Source: Geosiphon pyriformis uo1 (Eukaryota; Fungi; Glomeromycota). Taken from it: 64,000 nucleotides of DNA. Positions 1 through 12,400 of this stretch are shown here, in pieces. Below the pieces are notes generated by a model. That model saw only the letters and a program-made list of their open reading frames with translations, made no database searches and was not told the origin of the DNA. Made by a program: the position numbers and the translations under genes. The first letter of the stretch is position 1, and every line of letters begins with the position of its first letter. The DNA lies in NCBI GenBank assembly GCA_016748015.1, contig JAAOMT010000061.1, positions 186,001 through 250,000 on the forward strand, given 5' to 3'.

Positions 1-109
1 ACAATTTTTTCCTCCGCCATATTAATTGATACATCTGTTCTACCCATTGATCTAAATCCTTGTATTCCTCTCACTGTTATTTTTAATTTTTCCCTCTTTC
101 CCACTAATA

Positions 110-480
110 CTAACTGAGCTACTCTAATCAGAAGCAGGAATATTGCCTGTGTTATCTTTTTGTTGGGCTCTATTATATAGGTCTTTTCGGAGTCATTTTG
201 TAGCATGGCGATGATATTTTTTACATATCCCACGTCAATTATTCCTCTTCTTATATTGATCTTTCTTTTCGCTAAACTACTTCTAGATGCTAATTGAACT
301 ATTGTTGTTGCTAGAATCTCTAGTGCTATTTTCAGATTAATGCAGGTGCATGAATGCAGTTCCAATTTAATGGCATCTTTTTCTGGATATCTTAGATCAA
401 ACTCTGCATCCATATTATGTGCACATTCTGGCATAATACCTTTACCATTGTCACTATATCATTTCAACTCTTGTTCCTTG
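110..480 (-). pseudogene. dUTPase domain within Gypsy pol
   Basis: Manual minus-strand translation DAEFDLRYP...INLKIALEI...VQLASRSSLAKRKINIRRGIIDVGYVKNI...EPNKKITQAIFL matches dUTPase motifs 1-4 (AGxDL, RSSLA, GxIDxxY, IAQ). Confidence 0.85.
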
Positions 481-3400
481 AAGAGATCTGGTAGTGCAAT
501 GTATTATTCATAGTTTAAATTGGGTTTTAAATCTGAGTCTGAATTGTTTTTGTCATCATTGCCATTTTGAATGGAGCTGGAACCAGTGTTTTTATCATCA
601 TTGTCAGAGTCTGGATCGCGATTGATCAGCAATTCTGATTCCGATGCACAGCTGCTAATTGGTTCTTCTTCTTCAGGGATCGAGTAGATCATGCATGGTG
701 GTGGATTGTAAATGAGGTCACAATTGTCACAATATTCAAAGTCACTGGGAATTAAACAATGACGACACAGTTTGGTATTTAACTGTGCTAGCCATTGTTC
801 TTGCTCTTCTCTAGTGGGTGCCAAGTTTTGGTAGTGTTTATGAAACTCTTCTGGTTCTAGAAAATTTATAACTGGCTCTGTGTTCCAGTCAAGCTTGATG
901 GGTTCTGGTGAGTTGTTTTTAATTGTCCAGATTTTTTTTGGCAATGCGTCTTTAATTTTGGCAGTTGCCATTCTCCAAATTTTGTCATCATCATGTGGAC
1001 AACTGTTTAATCATCGCACTGCTCTTTGCCAAGTGGCTTCGATTGGTGTCTCTTTTTTAACCCAGTTGCTGATCAGAATCGTGTATTGACACTCTATATC
1101 ACACGTTCCTCCACGTCCAGGAATGTCATGCCACATTTCTTCATCCAAGAAAGTCTCTCCACAAGCTAAGCATGGCTGATTGTCCCATTTCCCTACTCAT
1201 TTTGGTCTTCCAAAGCATTCAAGGATGTATGAGTGGCAATAGAACTTAGTTGCCGTTGAATATTCCTCATCGTTCCCACAGCATGTGCCCATTGACAACA
1301 ATTTCTTACCACAATCGACGCATATAAGCTTAGGTCGATGATAGGTAGATCATTGTGGTATAGTGTAGGTATTATAAACGGTGGTGGTTTGGGTGGTCTC
1401 TTCTTTTTTCCCTTTTCCTTTATTTTCTTTGTCCTCTTCCCATTCTCAGCTTGAAGTCGGTTTGCTCTTGTCATTTTCGGTCCATGTCAGGTTATCAGTT
1501 TCTCAGATAAGTTCTTCCTTTTGTTTCCTTTTTCTCTTGTTGTTGTCATCCCAGAAGAGTATTGGCAGTAGTTTTTTGTGCTCTTCGTCCACCCACGACA
1601 CTTGGTAGGCTTTTCAGGTAGGTTTTTCAGGTAGGTTTTTCTTTCTTTTCCTCCAGTTCAATCAATAGTTTCTCTCTTGGAGGAGTTTTAAAGTAGCCAC
1701 ACGTGGCCGGAACATGTATGTGTTGGCCCTGATATGTTAGCTGGAGTTCCTGAGTGTTCCAGTTTAACGTTGCATTGACTTTGAATAGCCAGTTATTACC
1801 AATGAGAGCTTGGTATTAAGTGGCTTCTATCACTAGAACTTTAATGGAAGTCACGATACCATTAATTTCAAAAGGAAAGTTATCGATTTCACCGATTGGA
1901 GTTTTGGTCGCTCTATCGGCTGTGATGATTTTGGTGCTGGCAGCTCGATCAACTCGGCGACCTAATTGCTCTATGAGTTGTTTTGTGATTATGCTGCCTG
2001 TGGAACTGCTGTCCAGGATCAATTTGATGGATTGTCTTTCGACTTTGGCATCAGTGTACATCGTGGTGATTGGTTTGGCTTCAAGAGTGGCTCCACTAAA
2101 TAATGGCATTGCAGCTGTTTCCTCAAATTCGAATGGGAAGATAGCGGCCAATGACTCATCTTTAGTGATGATAGCAGGTGGGATATTATTGGTGAGTGGT
2201 TGTTTTTGGATAAATGCCAGGTTATTGGTTGAAGCATTTTCTGGGGTGACTAGGAGACTTAAATAGTTCTGAGAATTCGGGTTCTGGGGTTGACCAGTAC
2301 CCGAATTCTGCTGGTGTGGTCCAGATGGTTGCTGTGAAGAACTGGGGATCAGTTGATAGACTACTATTGCCGATCTCCAGCTCTGTTGAGTCATTCTCAG
2401 TCTTTGGGTTCTATTGGGTGGTAAGTTTTGGGGCAGTGTTTGGATCTATTGGGGTTGATAAATTATTTGTGGCTGTGGCTGATATATTACTTGTGATTGT
2501 GGCTAATAAATCGGAGGTTGATATACTGGAGACTGATAGACTGATGGCTGCATCACTGGTAGGTAAGCAGATGGGTTTTGATTTGAGTACTGATTTAGAG
2601 TTTGGAACCGGCGATCAGAGTTTCGATATGGATTTCTCAATCATTAGTTATTTAAATGCTGGTGACAGTCAATTTGGATATGTCTTTGTTTACCACAATA
2701 GTGGCAGATATGCATTTCCTGTTGCTACTGTTGATTGGTTGATAAAGATGGACATGGTTGATTTTGGGCATGATTAGAGTTTCTTTGATTATTGCATCAT
2801 TGTGGAGGCTAATAAATGGCATGATTGTCAGCTAAGTATCCTTCCAATCTCTTATTGATTGATTCACTGAACTTCTCCAATTTGGAATCCAATTCAGATG
2901 ATCTGTTCATTACTAGATTAACAGCTTGGGCGTGATTAGCCTCTGACTCAGCAGATTCAAAATCTCTGGCGCATATGACTGCATCTTGAAGAGTGCCTGG
3001 ATGCAATGGACGTACATGTTGCAAGATGCTACTGCGCAGGCCACGGATAAACTGATTGAGTATCTGTGGTGCTGTAAAATAGTTGGCATCAATTGCTTGA
3101 ATTTGGCATAGGTTTCAATGGAAGCATTCTAGGTAAGTGGTGACTGCTTCAGTTTCTCCTTGTTTTATGGTGGTAAATGCATTGACTAGGTGATTGATGC
3201 TGTTATTGTTGCTGAAGTATCTTAAGAATTCTGCTTTGAAGGCATTAAAATCTTGTGGTTTATTAATCAAGCTCTGGTACCATGAATTGGCAGTATCTTT
3301 TAGAAAGTAGGGAATGGCTTGTATTGTTCGAGTGTCATTCCATCCATTGGCTGCGATGGCTTTTTCTACATCATTTAGCCATATTTGAGTGTCATCCTCT

Positions 3401-5021
3401 TTACCTGTAAAGTTGTCAAGTTTTGCGATTGGTATGTAGGCCATTGGATCTAAGTTAGGTGGTTGTGGTGACTGTTGAAGCAGTTGTTGTTGTCCTGGCT
3501 GTTGGGGTGGTAGCTGAAGTGGCTGCTGTATGGGTTTGACTATGGAATTAATCGGCAGTTGATCGATGACGATTACCAAAGGTAAGTTTTGCTAATTAAT
3601 TAATTCAGGGTTTTGATTTCTTTGATTTGGTAGTGTTCAAATATTCGGAGTTTCGATTTCTGGATTTTCTAACTGTTGCTGAGTTTGAATGTTCAGGGTT
3701 TTAACTTCCAGGTTTTTAATGATTGGGTGCTGGTAAGTGAATTCTTGATCCTCTGATTCTTCTTTCTCCTTTTCTGATTCTGCTGCTTCCCATGGATCAG
3801 AGATTCTGAAATCTGGTGGAGGCAGTGGTAATCAAAGTCCTGATGGAATTGATAATCGCAAATTAAATCTCTCAAAGTATTCACTATATGGTCCTAACAA
3901 TTCTGTTTTTCTTTGTCTATTTTGGAATGAGAATTGTCCAAATGCTGATGTTACAGTTGATGGAAACGCATCGGTTGATGATATGTTGATGGCACTTCCA
4001 GGTGTATAGTGGTATGATGGGTTACTTGGGGATTCAACTCTGTTTTTCTTCCAAGCAGGTGGCTGTGTTTTTCGGGGTATTACTGCTGGTGTTTGTAATT
4101 TTCCCTTGCTTTTACTAGTGTATGTAATTGGATATCTTTGTTGAGTGTGGTGTTTAATTTCTTTGTTGATCTCAGTGATGATGGATGCAAAATTATGGTT
4201 TGTTGGTAGGTTGGTGTTTTGAATTAATTTCTTATAGAAAGTTTCTCTTGCTGATTCAGTATTTACTGGTGTTCCTAATAAAGAGGAAATTTTTTTGTTA
4301 ACATAGAAATTGAAGACTGATTCAGCAAATATATGATTGTGGTTTAATCCCAAGTATTGACAATAGTGTTGAAATAAGGATTTTGCAAATCCTAAATGGT
4401 TTGCTCCTATAATTTCTGATTCTGCCACTTTTGGTTTGGTGTTGTTGGTGCTGGTTCTCTGTAAGATTATACCTCACAGGGAGCACCAAATGTTACAGGT
4501 GATTATTTCTGTTATTGTATTGAATAACAAACCTGTAACTTGGTGCTCAAAAGCTACTTTCATAGATAATGTGCGGAAGGTATGGTATCTGAAGGTTTTG
4601 GTTGATCTGAAGGTTTTGTTGTGGAGTTTTTTGTATAATGGACAGAAATTCAGTGGTAATGGTAGTAGTTTTCCTGAAGTTGCAATTATGCCCAATTTCT
4701 TTTTCAGCTTGGCAGCCGGATTTATTCTGGCAGTCGTGCCCTTTTGGTAAGCTATCTGTTAATATATATAATTCTACCCTTATTTCTGGGTCTTTTTCCA
4801 GGCTATCCTTGACATCAATAACTCAGTGCTTAATCTTTTTACTCAATTAGTATACAACAACAAAATCAAAGAAAAAAAAGAAAATAAAAAGAAAAAAAAT
4901 AAAATTAAAGAAAATAAAGAAAATAAGCCAAGACAATTCAGTATGCTAGTATCTCATTAATAGCCGTGATCAAGAGCTATTGTTCCAGCATGGTTAAGTA
5001 TCAATTACTATTAACATAAAG

Positions 5022-5386
5022 TGTTGATAATGGATAGTGGATTGCGATATGGAATAATTATTTATTTGATGATTGGTTTCTTGGCTAAGGATTTTGTGGT
5101 ATCGATTCTGTCTTTTCTGTTTCTAATACTACTGCTATATATACATAATTGGGATTCCTCAATTCCTCGATTCTTCATAACAGGAATCCTAGAATTCCTG
5201 GAATCTTGCAATTTCTTTGAGAGGAATCCTGGAATTCTGGAATCCTGCAATTCCTCATTGGGGAATTCTGAAATTCCTGGAATCCTGCAATTCCTAAGAG
5301 GAATCTTGGAATTCCACATTTACTATGCTTACTTCTGATTGGCTAATAATTATGCTAATATATTTCCTATATTTCTATGAGTAACA
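5022..5386 (-). repeat. 5' LTR (type A, ~365 bp) of Gypsy copy A1
   Basis: Minus-strand termini TGTTAC...TCAACA; TATA-like ATGTATATATAG; start, TATA region and end are homologous to 46538-46953. Confidence 0.75.
5183..5317. repeat. Imperfect tandem repeat, ~38-40 bp unit x ~3.5, inside the LTR
   Basis: Units GGAATCCT(A/G)GAATTCCTGGAATC(C/T)TGCAATT(C/T)CT start at 5183, 5223, 5262 and 5300. Confidence 0.85.
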
Positions 5387-6913
5387 CCGTCTCATTCTTG
5401 GTAGTCTGTCCACAGTCTCTGGTGGTTCAAACTTTTTTGATTCAGAAAGATATTTGGTTGTTCAGAAATGTTTACATAAATTCTGGTCTGATGCCTTCGC
5501 AGTATATACTGATGGTTCTCTGTCTCATTTGGGCACTGCTGAGGTTGCAGGTGGGGCTGCAGCTTATTTTCCCAATGCTGGTGTGAGTATTGGCATTGAA
5601 GTCAGTGGGTTGTTTTCTTCTACTATGACTGAACTTCACACTGTTGTCCTGGTGCTGAAATGTGTTCTTTTTTCGTGCTCGGTTGTTATTAACACTGATA
5701 GTCAGGCTACTATTAATACGTGTGCTTCAGAATTGGGTTTATTTGTTCCTGATTTCAAGAACAAATGTTGGGTGAAAAGGCATTATATTTGCAAATTGAT
5801 TAAGGATAAGGACCTTTCTGTTGGATGGGTGAAGGTGAAGGGCCATTCAGGTGATGCTCACAATAACAAGGCTGATGCTTTGGCTGGGTGTGCTGCTCAC
5901 TTCAATTTGTCTTTTCCTATGGGCATTCAGGAAAGGTATGTTATGGCTCATGGTCAGGTTGTCTTGGGCAATACTTGACATTTTGTTCGGAATATTTATA
6001 GGTCTATCTGTCGTGTTTAATGGGAGGCTGGTCCTGGCTCTGTGGTGATAGATGAAGAGTTGATTGGAAGTGTACAGCTTCAGTTTGGCACCTAGACTCT
6101 CACATGCTGTCAGGCTTTACAAGCCGAACTTCAGCTGTTCTCCGTATCTACTTAATGAAAGTGGTCCATAAGAAGTTACCAGTTGCTATTCATAAAAGGT
6201 TGTATGATAAATGTTATCCTGGAGTTCTCTGTTTGATGTGTAGTGATGTTGAATTGTTGGATCATGTGTTTACTTGTCAAAGTGAGGCAGCTGTATGTGC
6301 TGATATTTTGTTGGGTGGGACTGCTTTGTGGAAGTTGTTGCTAGTGGGCTGCTCTTCGGCGTCCTCTCCTATGTTACATACTCTGCTTGTTGGTTGTCAT
6401 AATTCAGAGGTGTATATGCGATTGTGTAAAGACTTTGTACTGAGAGAATGAGTTGATAAAGCTACTGCACATTTCATGGATTGAAATCAGGCTGTTTTGG
6501 TGGTGGCTGATTTTGTCTGATGCCTGGCAGAAAAACACCAGTGTGGTTTGTGATTACCCAGAGCTAAGTTTAGAATGGACATGGAATGTTGTGGTTTGGT
6601 TTGTGCTTTGGAAATTCCTGTTGGTTTTTTAGCTGACTCTATTAAACATTTGTCTAGTAGAGTTGTTCGTCTTCTTGGGATTAATGAGACATTTGCCATC
6701 AATTTTGGTTTGCGCAAAACTAGCCTTTTTTTTTCTGGTATTTGTAATAGTATCAAAGTTTATGTAGGTGTGTAGTGTTGCCTAGATTGGCCTGAGTGGT
6801 TAGTCACATGTAGTAAATACGTGAGCCACATTTAGTTAGATTCACTTAGCTTGCATCTGTATACTAGATAGTGGTTGGACTGCACTTGTTAAATAGAATA
6901 AATAAAAAAAAAA
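5387..6913 (+). mobile_element. 3' part of an L1-like LINE (RNase H, C-terminal Zn finger, 3' tail, poly(A)), interrupted on the left by Gypsy A1
   Basis: AVYTDGSL...TELH...INTDSQA...WVKVKGHSGDAHNNKAD (RNase H); CLMCSDVELLDHVFTC; stop at 6775; family 3' tail 6776-6900; A-run to ~6913. Confidence 0.9.
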
Positions 6914-8620
6914 ACAATTTTTATTATATTATAAAAAAAATCATATTTTAAAGTCAATTAAATAATTTGTAATTTAATTAATATAAAAAAAAAAATTCTA
7001 ATTTTTAATATTAATGTTTTGTTTTAAACTTTTAAAATAGATAATAATACTATATATTATATTAAAAATATTAAAACTTTATAATAAATTATTAGTAAAA
7101 ACTTTTATAATAAAAAATATAAATATAACAACTTATTTTTTAATGCTAAAAACTTAGTTAAAATTTAAATATTATAAAAATTTCTGAATATAAATAAAAG
7201 TACAACCAAATTTTAGTCTTAATTATGCAAAAATTGAGTAGTCAAACTAAATTAAAAAAACATAAAACTTTAAAGATCTAAATACTTTTAATATTAAAAT
7301 ATTTTTTACTTAAAAACCAAATTTTGTTTATTAATAAGTTAATTTACAAAAGTTTTTTTAAACTTTTTTAACAAGTTAACAATCTTAAAATGTAATTTAT
7401 TATCAAAAATATTAAAAATTGGAATTTTATTTGTCTTATAAAAAACAAAAACCAGATTATTTAACAATATAATTATATAGTTTAAAAAAATTTTAATCAA
7501 ATTTATAAAAAAATTGTTAATTAAATTAACTTTTAACTTAATTGTAAATTCTTGAAAGCTTATTTAATAATTTATAAATTTATATAAAAGTGTTTAAATA
7601 TCTTTTTAATAATATTTTTTATATTTAAAAAGATTATTAATAATGCAATTTTGTTTTTAACTTAAATCTGTTCAAATAATTTTAAACTATATAAAGAGAA
7701 ATAATACAAAATATTAACTAAAAAATCTTTTAATAAATTAGTTTTAAATCTTAAATTTTTATAAATTAGTATATTTATTTTTTAATTTTTAAAATTTCAG
7801 AAAAAACCAAGTAACTATAATTTTGAAATTAATTATATATATTATATTTTTACAAATTTAATTTTTATTTTTGATTAAATTTTTTTTTAATTACTTTTAT
7901 TTTTAATGGTTTTTTTATTATTATTTATTAGTTATTCAAATTCGTCATATTATTAACAATAAAACCATGTATAATATTTTTAAAAACTTTTTTTTGGTTA
8001 TTTACTATTAATAATAACTATTAGTTTTTATACAAAAAAATTAATACTTTGGAAAATATTAAAAATTAAAAATTAAAAAATATAAACTTTTTTCTTTTTT
8101 ATATTCAAAATTCTTCAAAAAAAAAAAGTTTTTGTTTTTTTGCTATTTTATAAATCTTATTAAAATTTATTTTGCAAATAATTAAATTATTATAATTATT
8201 ATAAAAATTAATAAAATTTAAAATGTTTTTTATAATATGTAAAATAATGTTTTAATAAATAAAGCAACCATTTTTTTAAAATAAAAAAAATTAAATTTAA
8301 GTTCAAAAATTAACATAATAAATTTTATTATTATTAAAAAATTTTGAATATAAAATGTATTAAACAATTTATTAAATGTTTAAAATTACACAATATTGGA
8401 ATTTTTTATTTAAAAAATTGGTTTTAATAAAAAGTTTTTACTTAAAAACTCCTGTTACAGTTGTTGAACTCATTTACAAAAATCAGTTACAAAAAATAGT
8501 TCAGACTCATCTTTCCATTAAAAATTTTATTATCAGATATCTAAATCATACAAAATCAAATATTAGATCAAAAAAGTTGTCACGTTGCCATTAACTATAT
8601 TATCTAATCCATAACACCGT
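6914..8620. other. Extremely AT-rich, unrecognisable repeat relic
   Basis: Almost no G/C, no credible ORF, sharp transition to normal composition near 8650. Confidence 0.55.
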
Positions 8621-9432
8621 TTATGACATAATTATTTTAACTGATTCAACAATGGTCTTAAGGTAAGCAGCACGTGTATTTTCCGATTCAGGAATTTAGC
8701 AGGCCAATCAATTTGACGAAATTGGGGAAGGCTGAAATTGAATCCTACCATTTTCAGCCAACAGTCTTCTGTAAAATCTTTTTTGTCAAGGAATAGGAAT
8801 ATTTTTAAATAGGTATCACAATTCTCGAAAAATCTTTTTATTAGTACTTTACCTTTTAATTAATTTGCGAAAGTGTATTACCTGAATCCTCAAACTATAT
8901 AAATTTATTGTCGCAAATAACGCGGCAGAATTTCCAATTATATTAATCTAAAAGTTAAAACATCAGGTAACTAAACACAGACAATTAAAAAAAACCTCAG
9001 TGTGTTCTGAACTCTACAAATTGGTTTTGAATTAGTCCTGCGGCAAGAATTTGTGGCAACTGGCTCACATTTTCTTCCTGCAAAGGCTAATTGGACATTA
9101 AAAATTTCTAGTGCCTTTTCTCCTGAGCGGCGATATTTCGCACCAATGACAAACTCGGCCTTTGATAGATCAATGTCACATGCACATAGCTCATATTTGA
9201 TCTCGATAAACGATTGGTCCTACGATTGGCTACTACAATGTAATGCATAAGAGTTTGTTGACAATCGGTGGCACAATTAAGTCATTTATTAGGAGTCACC
9301 AAAATGATTTTAATCAATATTGTAATTTCCTGTTAAGCTAGCAACTTTCAACGAAGCTTTTCGCTTCAAAAAAGTATTTTCTACTTTTTTTTCTTTTTAA
9401 CTTTCCCTTTAGGTGGATGACAATAATTGAAT

Positions 9433-12400
9433 ATGTCGAGGCTACCAAAAATACCGACTGCTAGCGGTTTACCAGCCCCTGGTAGCAGTATTGGTTTGCC
9501 GACGCCTAATAATAATGGTTTACAAACTTCTAGTCTTCAACATCCAAAGAAAAGAACCATTTCTGCCCCACCAGCTAAAGTGTCTACTTTAAAAGAACTC
9601 ACTCCAGAACAGGAAGCGATTCTTCAGGAGGCAATGGAAAAATTTAATCCTGAAATTACACACAAAAATAATAATAATCAAAATACCAATCCAATCGCTT
9701 CGCCGGTACTCCCTTCAATATCAGCACCACTACAGCAACCCCTAAATTCCCCTTCAGGTCAATTACGTAAACCCGGCAGTCGAAAGCAAAGCATGTCTCG
9801 AGCAACACGTCCAGTTTTTCCATCGCTTTCTGAGATGCCACCACTACCCACACCTTTATCAACCTTATCGGAAGGGCGAAAGGTTGGCTTTAGTCAAAAT
9901 AATTCGTTTGGGTTACCTCCTCCTGGATCAACATTATTGATGCGTAACCCTTCTCCGTCATCTTCTCAAACACAATTGAGCTCACCCGCCACTGCAACAC
10001 CACCATCCACAGCTCTCAAAAATACTCGTGTACAAGCTCTGACTGCACCTCCTCCACGTCCAACTTCTCCTTCGCTCGCCTTATACAGCGTAGGTGAACG
10101 TGTGACAGTTGAATCAATGAACATTACAGGAACTTTACGATACCTGGGTCCACTTAATATCAAACCGGGGACATGGGCTGGAATAGAGTTAGATGTACCT
10201 GGAACAGGAAAAAATGATGGAAATGTTAATGGGTGTGTATTTTTAATTCGTTTCATTAATTAGCTCTGTAATTTTAATGCTAATTCCGAATTCATTTCTT
10301 ATAGATTTTCATATTTCACATGTCCACCGAAGACGGGTATATTTGTTCTCGCCACTAAACTTTCCAAATCCAAGCAAGAGTCTGATTCACAAGTGTCACT
10401 CAAGAAACCACCCTTATTATCACAATTTAACAAAAATACCTCATCAATATCTCGACCTCCATCGACCTCAAGTAATGCTAGCGACACACATTCTCCCGCT
10501 CAAACCACTCCTGCATTAACCAAACACGCACAACATGCCGCAATAGCTGCTTCTCGTATAACAGCAGGATCACGTGCTTCTAAATACATTGGTGTTACTG
10601 CTTCGCAGTTAAAGCAAAAGTCTTTGGTAAAACCTGCCGGAATCACTCAACCTCTCCATACTTCTGATTCCAATAATTGCGATCCACCCAACTCATCTAG
10701 ATTAAAACCAAGCTTAGCTCGGCCAAGTACGAATAATTTAAAGTCGCCACTAACTTCTAGTGCTAGGGTTAATCGAAGAAGAGATTCTAATTCCTCAAAC
10801 GGATCAGCGGCTTCCGGCGTATCTCAACAAGCCTATCAGTCTCCTCACTCGCACCCGTTTGGTTTTCAACGCTTATCCAGAGCTCCTACTCCTAATGAAC
10901 AAATTGAATCCCAACCATCATTTTCGGATAGTGAATCCCCTACTACGAAGGGTGAAATGACAAATAAATCACTTCAAGAGAAAATTCAAAAGCTTCTTTC
11001 TAAAGATCGTGAAACGATTGATAGTGCTCCCCTGAATATGTTTGATCAACAAGCTCTTCGCATCCAACAATTGCAGATGAAGATAGAAGTTTTAGAATCA
11101 GAAAATACATCTTTGAAGATGCAGAATAACAAGACAGGCACATCTCGTGGTGTTGGAGAGACTGAAAAGGATTCTGCTGCCTCGGAAGGGCAATGGGATG
11201 CCGAGAAAAAGAAATTAAATGAGCAAATTTCTCAGCTCACAAATCAACTTGAAGAATCACACAAAGGTCATCATCATCGCCCAAGCACATCATTATCGAT
11301 GTTAGCTGATGAAGACATAATGAACGACAAGGTTCTTCAACTTACTGAATTGATTGAACAAAAAGATGCTAGTGTCAAATCACTTGAGGAATCGCTTAGC
11401 AAAGCAAATTTACAATCCGAAGAGTATCAGAATAGGCTCAAGGGGCTAGAACAAATAACAAAAAATCAAGGCGAAAAGATTCAAGAATTGATTGCAAGTA
11501 GTGTGAAAAAATCCGAATCCTCAGCCAGTGAAGCTGCTTCAGCTAAGCGAATCGCAGAATTAGAAAAGTTAGTTGATGAAAAAGCTCTGGAAATTGGACA
11601 GCTCGTTATCAAACTCGATCAAGCACAAGTCGTTGCCTCTAACCTCAAATCTGCCGGTCAAGAAACCATCAATATTTATGAAGAGAAAGTTGCTGCGTTG
11701 TCTCAGCAAATTGAAGATTTAAAAAAAGCCGGTTCGGAAACAATAGCTCTCTATGATTCAGCGACAGTAAAGTTGGATGAGCGAGAAACTAAGATTAATA
11801 CTTTGGAAAGAGAAGCCGAGGAGCTTCGATCTGCTGGAGTCGAGGCGATTGATGTATATGAAAAGACAATTGAGGATTTCAAGAAGGAGATGGAAGAGGT
11901 GAAATTGCAATTGAGCAAAAAGGAAGAAGCACTTGTAATTTCGCGTAAAGAATTAGAGACGTTGAGATTGATACAAAAAGAATTGACCGAAGCCAAATCA
12001 CAATTAGAAATTAAAGATAAATGCGAAGAAGGTCTTCGCAACCAATTAATCGATTTACAGACGGGCTTGGAACATATGATGCGTGCAGATGCTAAATCGC
12101 GCGAGCAAATTTATCATTTGAAGGATGATATAAAGGAATCTCAATCAACCGTTAGCCGACAACTGGATGAAATTACCGCCTTGAAAAATAATGTCCAGGA
12201 ACTCATGGGGGCAAATCCCACCGATGAAATTGAAAAAGTTCAAGCCATGTTTGAGGACGATATCAAGAGATTGCAAGAAGAATTGGAAAATTCTCGGAAA
12301 TCGTTATCTGAGGCACAATTAGAAAAACGTGCTGCTTTAGGTGAATCGAATGGATTAAGGGACGAAAAGTCTTTATTAGACAAGAAAATGCAAGATAATG

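Larger units (their letters stand above)
1..5386 (-). mobile_element. Ty3/Gypsy LTR retrotransposon copy A1 (5' LTR, leader, gag, protease, Cys-rich region, dUTPase; RT onward lies beyond the left window edge), degenerate
   Basis: Retrotransposon gag-like segment 3579-3115 (AKLDNFTGKEDDTQIWLNDVEKAIAANGWND...IPYFLKDTANSWY); aspartic protease IKLILDSSSTGS in ORF 2394-1816; dUTPase near 480-110; terminus TGTTAC at 5386 on the minus strand abutting LINE sequence; many stops and frameshifts. Confidence 0.9.

Noticed and set aside
4955-5001. Resemblance to U1 snRNA (ATACTTAACC...TGATCACG) on the minus strand
   Set aside because: Only two short words match; no other U1 stem-loops or Sm site were seen, and it lies in a retrotransposon leader.
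5183-5317. CRISPR-like array
   Set aside because: Units are contiguous with no unique spacers, there are no cas genes, and the context is a eukaryotic LTR.
6776-6900. Hammerhead ribozyme in the LINE tail (CTGAG...GAAA-like words)
   Set aside because: The core CUGANGA is not matched and the GAAA is not conserved among copies.
8611-8620. TAACACCGT identical to the LTR junction at 5382-5390, suggesting another LTR end
   Set aside because: A 9-bp match only; no partner terminus or further homology could be recognised in the AT-rich relic.
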